Below the pieces are notes generated by a model. That model did not search any database. It was not told where the DNA came from and saw only the letters and a program-made list of their open reading frames with translations. A stretch of 64,000 nucleotides of DNA from Sedimentisphaerales bacterium (GTDB lineage Bacteria; Planctomycetota; Phycisphaerae; Sedimentisphaerales; Anaerobacaceae): assembly GCA_963708075.1 (NCBI GenBank), contig OY970194.1, positions 3,936,001 to 4,000,000 on the forward strand, written 5' to 3'. This document shows, in pieces, positions 57,669 through 64,000 of the stretch; position 1 is the stretch's first letter, and each line of letters opens with the position of its first letter. Both the position numbers and the translations under genes were made by a program.

Positions 57669-60600
57669 TTACCGTGGTCCATAGAACGGCGCCGTCCGGC
57701 CGGCCAGCGACGCAATCTCCCCGGGCGACAGTGCCCGATTGTAGAAGCGGGCATCGTCGATCATGCCGGTGAAGTTGCGGCTGATCGTGGCGCCGTCGGT
57801 TCCGAGCCAGGCGCCGATCAGGCCGTCGCCCAGCGTGACGGTGACGGGGGCGGTCAACGCCCGGGAAGACTCCTTCAGGCCGTTGAGCCACAACGCCCAC
57901 TCGGTCGGCGAGAGGGTGACCGCCACGTGGCTCCACTGGTTTGCCTTCGCAATCGACAGGCCGGTGAGGTCGCCCGTCGCGACGCCATTGACCCCGGCAT
58001 TGACCTTCCCATAGCTGTACCGCCAGTGCAGGTCTGCAGTCTCCCAGCCGTTGGCGTGGAAGAAGCTCGCGAACTGCACGGGGACCGGATCGACCGTCGT
58101 ATTCACCCACATGGCGATCGTCAGGGCATTGCCGCTCCCAAGCAGCGGGACCGCTACGGCATCGCCGACACCGTCCAGGGTGACTACCTGGCTTCGGACC
58201 GGATCGCCGACGATCTTCGCATCCCCTCTGGCGGTCCCATGGTTCGCGCCGGCGGAGTCCTTGAAGTCGGCGTCGAACTTGTACCAGGCAGCCAGGCCCG
58301 TCGTGCCCGGATCGACCGGGGTGATCATCTCGCCGGGGCCCGGGTACAGCCGGATGTCGTCAAAGAGCAGCTTGCCCTCCGCGCCGGCGCCATCGACGCC
58401 GATCGCCAGCTTCGCGACGCTCTTGAGGTTGGCACCCATGGATCCCAGATCGATAGTCCACGGCTGCCACTGACTTCTCTTGATGTCCTCGGCCAGGTCG
58501 TAAACGATTTTCGTGCTGTTGATCTTGATGTACATCTGCCCGGCGTTGTTCGGGTCGCCATGGAAGTACAGCACGAGCGTCTTGATGCCGGCCTGGCTCC
58601 AATCCTGGGCCGTGTCGAACGTTCGCACAGCCTCGGAGGTCGTCACACCGTTGGTGTTGCTGTACTCGAAGGGCATGGACTTCGTGCCGCCATGGACTGC
58701 GGCAGTCTCCATGACGTCTCCCGCCGTTGGATCGTAGCCGACCAGAGAGCCCGTGCCGTTGCCGGGATCGCCTTTGGGGAAGAAGTCGTCCGACGAGAAG
58801 CCCATGCCGTCGATCCAGGTCTGGAAGACGCGTGCGGGCGAATCGTTCCCATAGGTTTCGAAGTCATCGATGACCAGATAATCGGCCGTGGTGAAGCTCC
58901 AGATGGGGCCCTCCCACGTGCTGACCGTCTCGGCGGTGTTGACCTCATTGACCTTCCAATAGTACGTCATCCCGAGGCTCATGCCGGCGGGTGTGTAGCT
59001 GCCTGTGCCGGTGGTGCTCAACGGCGCTGTTCCATCCACCACGGCCTGCCGATCCGTGCCCAGGTAGACCTGGTGGGAGGCGGCCTCACGTCCGGTTCGC
59101 CAGCTCAAGGTCACATCCGGCTTCACACCCGTGGCGCCGGAGGCCGGCTGAGGCTGCCTCGCCTGTACGGGTTTGTAGTAGAAGCGGACCTTGCTCAGAC
59201 CATACTGCTTCACTATGCCGCCCCAGTTGCTTTGCGGAGCGAGCCTGACGAACTTGGCCGGGACGCCGTCAAAGGTGATGGTGGTGTTGTGGACATAGTC
59301 GCCCATGCCGGGCCCCTGAGCGAACTGGTGTACGGCGCCCAACTGCGTCCAGGTGAGGCCATCCATTGAGTACTCAATGACGACGTCCTTGAAGCCTAAG
59401 CCGAAACTCATCTCGAACGTAGTGTTATAGTTCCACACCCACATCTCATACACGCGATAGGTCGCATCAAATTCGTACTGTATCCAGATCGGTCCGCTCG
59501 TGCCGTTGCCGATCCACATCTCCGTGTCGGTGCTGGAGTGCTGATCCACGGCGTTGAGCCCGGAGCGATTGACGGTATTCTGTGGATTGGTCCCGGCTGC
59601 ACTGGGGCCCGACGCCGTGGCGACAACGGTCTCGATTGGATAGAAGGGTGGCTCGACGGTGAAACTCCACACGCTGCCCTTGAAGACAGTATTGTCGGGA
59701 GCGGCGTTGACTTCATCCACCCGCCAGTAACAGGTCTGCCCCAGTTGCAGAACGCCCACTGGATCATAGGAGTTGGCGTCCTGGCCTTGACTGACCAGTG
59801 CGCCCTTGGGGTTGGCGGCGCTGGCCGTGTCGACATCATCAAAAACAGTGCCGAAGTAGACATCGTGCGTTTTGGCGAATTCTCCCGGCGTCCAGCCAAG
59901 AACCACATCACGAGGAACATCCATGGCTCTGTCAGCCGGGATCGGATCGGAGGAAGGACGTGCATCTCCTCCCTTCATAACCATCTGAAGATCGCTCACC
60001 GACAACACCCGGCTATAGATCCGGACATCGTCGAGCAAACCACTGAAGTAGTAATTGGCAGTGGGCACTTCCGCACAAAGTCTTAGTGTGCCCGTCGATG
60101 CCACGAGGCTCCTGGTGACGCCCGTGGTTGTCGCGTCCAATACGCCGTTGACATACTCCCTGATCTCATTGGCTGTATCGTCAAATACGCAAGCGACGTG
60201 GTACCACGTGCTCGTTGACGTCAGAGCTGTTCCATTGGTGGCTCTGGTAAGGGTCTGTCCGCCGGCATCCCATACTTCCATTTCCAGCCGGGGCGTGTTG
60301 CCACTATTGCCTCCGTTGTACACGCCCATCTTGAAGCCGGAGTTCCCATTCCTGTTCCCTAGTATCTTTCTGTCGCCGTTTATCGCAGGTCGATTGATCC
60401 AGGCACAAAGCGTAATGCCCCCGGTGCCATTCGTGGACAGATTCAGAGTCCCACAATTGACATATTGATTGGTGCCGTTAAGGCTCAGGGCCTGGTCCAA
60501 CTGTCCGGCGCCATACGTGGGGCTGTTGACACCGGTGCCGTCGTTGGCGCTGCCCGTGCTGCCGGAGTTCGTCAGATTACCTTCAAAAGCCCACCAGCAG

Positions 60601-60692
60601 ACAAGGCTCGGGTCCGCTGCACCGGCACTACTCGTCAAAGCCAGCCCGGACACCAGGATAATGGAAAGCAAACGAATGGGTCTCTTGCACAT
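57669..60692 (-). CDS. Secreted multidomain LamG/discoidin protein, paralog of 33599-36595
   Basis: AAGGAGG RBS, start MCKRPIRLL at 60692; N-terminal LamG (FSGLLDDVRIYSRVLS), then the same module order as the paralog. Confidence 0.82.
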   Translation of the reverse strand: MCKRPIRLLSIILVSGLALTSSAGAADPSLVCWWAFEGNLTNSGSTGSANDGTGVNSPTYGAGQLDQALSLNGTNQYVNCGTLNLSTNGTGGITLCAWINRPAINGDRKILGNRNGNSGFKMGVYNGGNSGNTPRLEMEVWDAGGQTLTRATNGTALTSTSTWYHVACVFDDTANEIREYVNGVLDATTTGVTRSLVASTGTLRLCAEVPTANYYFSGLLDDVRIYSRVLSVSDLQMVMKGGDARPSSDPIPADRAMDVPRDVVLGWTPGEFAKTHDVYFGTVFDDVDTASAANPKGALVSQGQDANSYDPVGVLQLGQTCYWRVDEVNAAPDNTVFKGSVWSFTVEPPFYPIETVVATASGPSAAGTNPQNTVNRSGLNAVDQHSSTDTEMWIGNGTSGPIWIQYEFDATYRVYEMWVWNYNTTFEMSFGLGFKDVVIEYSMDGLTWTQLGAVHQFAQGPGMGDYVHNTTITFDGVPAKFVRLAPQSNWGGIVKQYGLSKVRFYYKPVQARQPQPASGATGVKPDVTLSWRTGREAASHQVYLGTDRQAVVDGTAPLSTTGTGSYTPAGMSLGMTYYWKVNEVNTAETVSTWEGPIWSFTTADYLVIDDFETYGNDSPARVFQTWIDGMGFSSDDFFPKGDPGNGTGSLVGYDPTAGDVMETAAVHGGTKSMPFEYSNTNGVTTSEAVRTFDTAQDWSQAGIKTLVLYFHGDPNNAGQMYIKINSTKIVYDLAEDIKRSQWQPWTIDLGSMGANLKSVAKLAIGVDGAGAEGKLLFDDIRLYPGPGEMITPVDPGTTGLAAWYKFDADFKDSAGANHGTARGDAKIVGDPVRSQVVTLDGVGDAVAVPLLGSGNALTIAMWVNTTVDPVPVQFASFFHANGWETADLHWRYSYGKVNAGVNGVATGDLTGLSIAKANQWSHVAVTLSPTEWALWLNGLKESSRALTAPVTVTLGDGLIGAWLGTDGATISRNFTGMIDDARFYNRALSPGEIASLAGRTAPFYGPR

Positions 60693-60809
60693 ACCTATCC
60701 TCCTTCTCAAGGTGACGGCACATGTCCGTGGACCAGGCTCAACCATGGACGATCCACTTGCGTCCGAGGCAGCACACCCAGCCGTGTCTTTATTATAGCC
60801 ACATGGCTC

Positions 60810-61040
60810 GTGTCTCGCAATGCCGTTCTTGCGTTCCATGGATGTCACCAGGATGGGGGTGGCTCCCTTGGCTCGTGCGTCTGCGACCGGTTTCTTGAGG
60901 TCCGATTTGTATGTATCAGAGGCATTGGCGGACTTGTCTTTCATGTCGTTGTGGCCGAACTGGACAATCAGGTAGTCCCCCGGCTTGATGAGGCTCATGA
61001 CCTTATCGATGCGCCGCGCCCCAAGCGAGTTCCTCTAAGC
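60810..61040 (-). pseudogene. Internal fragment of a rhamnogalacturonan acetylesterase-like GDSL/SGNH esterase
   Basis: stop-RNSLGARRIDKVMSLIKPGDYLIVQFGHNDMK...ARAKGATPILVTSMER; lacks block I (GDS) and the DxxH end. Confidence 0.7.
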
Positions 61041-61203
61041 GTGTGGGCAATGTTCTGGAGATTACTGCCGATGTGGAATAGACTTGTCGGCTGGACCGCA
61101 CCTACAGTGAAAAGCTGGTGCCCCGAGTTGAGGGTGGTTGCGGTTTAGGCGCCCGGCGAGTGAAAACACGCATTGATATGAAATCGAGATTCAGGAGCTC
61201 AAA

Positions 61204-63387
61204 GTGATGAGTCTGACAACGGCAAAGATCCTCCGCGGCGTGAGCTTTCTTGCTCTGCTGGTGCTCGGGGCATCGTGCTCAACGAGTCTCTCGCAGGGGA
61301 TGGACGAAAGAAGGCCTGCTCCCGGAAAGCAAATGGAATATCTGGGCCGCGGGGTGGCGGCCGTCAACCAGGGGGAGGGCAAGGTCTTCGTGAGCTGGCG
61401 ATTGCTTGGCACGGATCCCGATGGCATCGCCTTCAACGTTTATCGCGCGACGGGCAGCACCCAGCCGGTAAAACTCAACAGCACGCCCATCACCAAGGCA
61501 ACCTGCCACCAGGACAGCGGCGTCGATCTAACCAGGGACAACGCGTATTTCGTTCGCCCGGTCATTGACGGCGTCGAGGGCGAACTCAGCAGGCCCTTCC
61601 TGAACGAGGTCGCCGCCAATGCGCCCGTGCGGGATTATTTTGAGATCCCGCTGAAGCTGCCGGGGAGAACGCAGGCGGGCGACGGCTCGGTCGCCGACCT
61701 TGATGGCGACGGGGAATACGAGATCATCGTCAAAGGCATCCAACGCTCGATGGACACCGCCTCATCCGGGATCACCGGCAACACAGTCCTCCAGGCCTAC
61801 GAGTTCGATGGCGCGCTGCTGTGGACGATCCAGATGGGTAAGAACATCCGCGAGGGTGAGCACGACACCCAGTTCATGATCTACGACCTCGACGGCGACG
61901 GGCATGCCGAAGTCGCGGTCCGCACCGCCGACGGATCTGTTGACGGCACCGGCAAAGTCATCGGCGATTCGAACGCCGACTGGGTCGATCGGACTCAGGG
62001 CTCCCGCACGATGGGCAAGATCATGACCGGGCCGGAGTATTTCTCGATCTTTGATGGCAGGACCGGCGCTGAGCTGGCCCGCGCCAACTATATCCCCGGC
62101 CGCGAGCCGCTCGGAGGCTGGGGCGGCATTGGCGGCAATGGGGGCATGGAGACCACCACGACAGGCAACCGCATGAACCGGTTCCTCGCGTGCGTGGCCT
62201 GCCTGGACGGTGTCCGCCCCAGTGTCATCATGTGCCGCGGCTACTACGGCCGGTCCGTCCTGGCCGCCTGGGACTGGCGCGATGGGAAACTCACATCGCG
62301 CTGGGTCTTCGACAGCTTGAGCCACCCGAACAACGGTCAGCCCTACATTACTGAACGCGCCACCGTCGATCCGGCCGTCGGTCTGAACAAGATCACCGAC
62401 AATGCCGGCGCCTGGCAGGGAGCCCAGCCGGGTGAATGGATGATTTGGGACCGCGGTGGCGCCAAGGAGCGACGACAGGTCATTTCCATCCAGGACAACG
62501 TTCTCACCGTCGATGAGAACGTGACGCCCGGAGTCAGCAAAGGCGCTCATGTCTACGGCTATTCAGGCATGGGCGCACACTCGGTGATGGTCGCCGACGT
62601 CGATGACGACGGGAAAGACGAAATCGTCTATGGCTCGATGGTCGTGGATGACAACGGCAAAGGGCTGTTCACCACGGGCCTGCGCCACGGTGATGCGATG
62701 CACGTAGCCAAGACGGACCCGGACCGGCCCGGGCTTCAGGTTTACGGCCCGCACGAGAATGAAGGCAGCATCTGGGATCGGTGGACCCCGGGCGTGGCGC
62801 TGTACGATGCCCGCAACGGCAAGATTATCTGGGGCATGAGCGACGGCGGCGATGCCGAACGAGGAATCACCGGCGACATTGACCCCCGCTACCCCGGCGA
62901 GGAGCTTTGGGGTTCTCTCAGCGGCGTTCGCACCTGCAAGGGGGAACCGATCTCGCCCCAGAGTCCGAACATGACCAACTTCGTCATCTGGTGGGATGGC
63001 GATCTGCTCCGCGAGATGGTGAATGGCAACCGCATCGCCAAGTGGGATTGGCAGAATGGGGTGATGAACAACCTGCTGACCGCTGAGGGTGCTCAGGCCG
63101 CCGCGGGTACCAAGCAATCGCCGGTCGTCAGCGCCGACATCGTTGGCGACTGGCGTGAGGAAGTCGTACTCCGCAGCGGCAACCAGGCACTGCGCGTCTA
63201 CACCTCGACGATCCCGACCGATCACCGCATCTATACGTTGATGCACGACCCGCAGTACCGGGTGCAGGTCGCCGCGCAGAACGTGGTGTACAACCAGCCG
63301 CCACATCCCAGCTTCTACCTCGGCGAAGGCATGAAAGCGCCGCCGAAGCCGAACATCCGGGTGGTGGAGCCGAAGACAACACCGTGA
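61204..63387 (+). CDS. Rhamnogalacturonan lyase, PL11 (YesW/YesX-like)
   Basis: QMEYLGRGVAAV, FVSWRLLGTD, FNVYR, DLDGDGEYE, CRGYYGR, DVDDDGKDEI, HGDAMH, WWDGDLLRE, DWREEV, TLMHDPQYR, YNQPPHPSFYLG. Confidence 0.92.
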   Translation: MMSLTTAKILRGVSFLALLVLGASCSTSLSQGMDERRPAPGKQMEYLGRGVAAVNQGEGKVFVSWRLLGTDPDGIAFNVYRATGSTQPVKLNSTPITKATCHQDSGVDLTRDNAYFVRPVIDGVEGELSRPFLNEVAANAPVRDYFEIPLKLPGRTQAGDGSVADLDGDGEYEIIVKGIQRSMDTASSGITGNTVLQAYEFDGALLWTIQMGKNIREGEHDTQFMIYDLDGDGHAEVAVRTADGSVDGTGKVIGDSNADWVDRTQGSRTMGKIMTGPEYFSIFDGRTGAELARANYIPGREPLGGWGGIGGNGGMETTTTGNRMNRFLACVACLDGVRPSVIMCRGYYGRSVLAAWDWRDGKLTSRWVFDSLSHPNNGQPYITERATVDPAVGLNKITDNAGAWQGAQPGEWMIWDRGGAKERRQVISIQDNVLTVDENVTPGVSKGAHVYGYSGMGAHSVMVADVDDDGKDEIVYGSMVVDDNGKGLFTTGLRHGDAMHVAKTDPDRPGLQVYGPHENEGSIWDRWTPGVALYDARNGKIIWGMSDGGDAERGITGDIDPRYPGEELWGSLSGVRTCKGEPISPQSPNMTNFVIWWDGDLLREMVNGNRIAKWDWQNGVMNNLLTAEGAQAAAGTKQSPVVSADIVGDWREEVVLRSGNQALRVYTSTIPTDHRIYTLMHDPQYRVQVAAQNVVYNQPPHPSFYLGEGMKAPPKPNIRVVEPKTTP

Positions 63388-63621
63388 ATGAACGCTTCTG
63401 TGGACAACCAGATGAGCAGTCATAGACAGAATCAGGAAAGTCAATGTGTGCCTGTCAAGCGCAGATGCCACCTGAGAGTTCGTGACAATCTGGTGGGCGG
63501 TGCGCGTCAGAAGAGTCCAATTCAAGCGGTGTTCATTGCCGACAGTCCAATCTCAAGAACTTGGGACGAAGCCAACTCGTTTGACGGTGCTCATTCGATG
63601 GGCCCTGCCCACTCGAAAGCC

Positions 63622-63651
63622 CACGGGCCAACGAGTTTGCCCGTGCCACCC
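63622..63651. repeat. REP-like hairpin CACGGGC-N10-GCCCGTG followed by CCACCC
   Basis: 7-bp perfect arms in the non-coding region after the lyase; single copy in the window. Confidence 0.4.
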
Positions 63652-64000
63652 AGAACCTCGTGTTCGCTCTGCCACAATCTTGTCGTGCACCCACCTATGC
63701 CATTTGCACCAGATCCGTTTGACAAAGCCTCGCGCATCTGATATGCTTGAATCGGCATATGTGGAGTGACGGGCCGATGGTTGGACCGGGAACAACCCTC
63801 ACACGTGGCATGGGGATGCTGTCCCCGGCGGCGACAGGATACCAGCAACCACCGCAAGCATGGATCGCGACGGATGCCGAGCCTGCGCGCTGGGGTCTGC
63901 GCTCAAGACCTCGTGAGGGTCACGTTCCGGCGTTTGCCGGCGTTGGCCTACGCCACGATCTTGGTTTTTCGGCGTATTTTCACCGAAGGGGGTGCAGAAA

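Noticed and set aside
57669..60998. Esterase-LamG fusion protein of 1109 aa
   Set aside because: A strong RBS and signal peptide at 60692 match the paralogue's start; the upstream part is a gene remnant plus promoter sequence.
308..62550. Numerous long antisense or alternate-frame ORFs (e.g. 308-1153, 9700-11172, 24969-27176, 39655-41343, 57453-59369)
   Set aside because: Shadow ORFs expected from high-GC codon bias opposite well-supported genes; they carry no family motifs.
63388..64000. Insertion sequence or ncRNA at the right edge
   Set aside because: No recognisable transposase motif, terminal repeat or RNA family; only one small hairpin.

Overview
GC-rich bacterial window. The gene content (sulfatases, prepilin-type/H-X9-DG proteins, LamG/discoidin multidomain proteins, CotH-lamin-tail proteins, many CAZymes) suggests an anaerobic Planctomycetota, probably Phycisphaerae; this taxonomy is inferred, not proven. 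Most of the window encodes polysaccharide/sulfate-ester degradation functions (two sulfatases, GH97, GH51, GH50-like, GH35, PL11, XylR-type regulator). The standout is a tightly coupled 10-gene + strand operon at 6691-21308: mqnA, a fused MqnE-MqnC double radical-SAM protein, a thioester-reductase/SCP2 fusion, an MMPL exporter, a GriC/EhpF-like adenylating enzyme, an alpha/beta hydrolase, a tandem U32-U32 Fe-S protein, a class III aminotransferase, a pentaheme lipoprotein cytochrome c and a cytochrome b fused to 13 c-type heme motifs. It lacks mqnB, mqnD, prenyltransferase, methyltransferase and decarboxylase genes. It looks like a futalosine-pathway offshoot making a modified, possibly exported, redox-active naphthoquinone-type molecule together with its own electron-transfer module (hypothesis). 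Other observations: several frameshifts, three in the identical context GAGA(A)CCGAY; REP-like hairpins, one in-frame inside a gene; an inverted pair of heptamer-repeat elements around a prepilin gene; a probable XylR operator; and gene remnants/junctions. No rRNA, tRNA, CRISPR array or recognisable transposase was seen. All family assignments come from motif recognition by eye; no searches were run.
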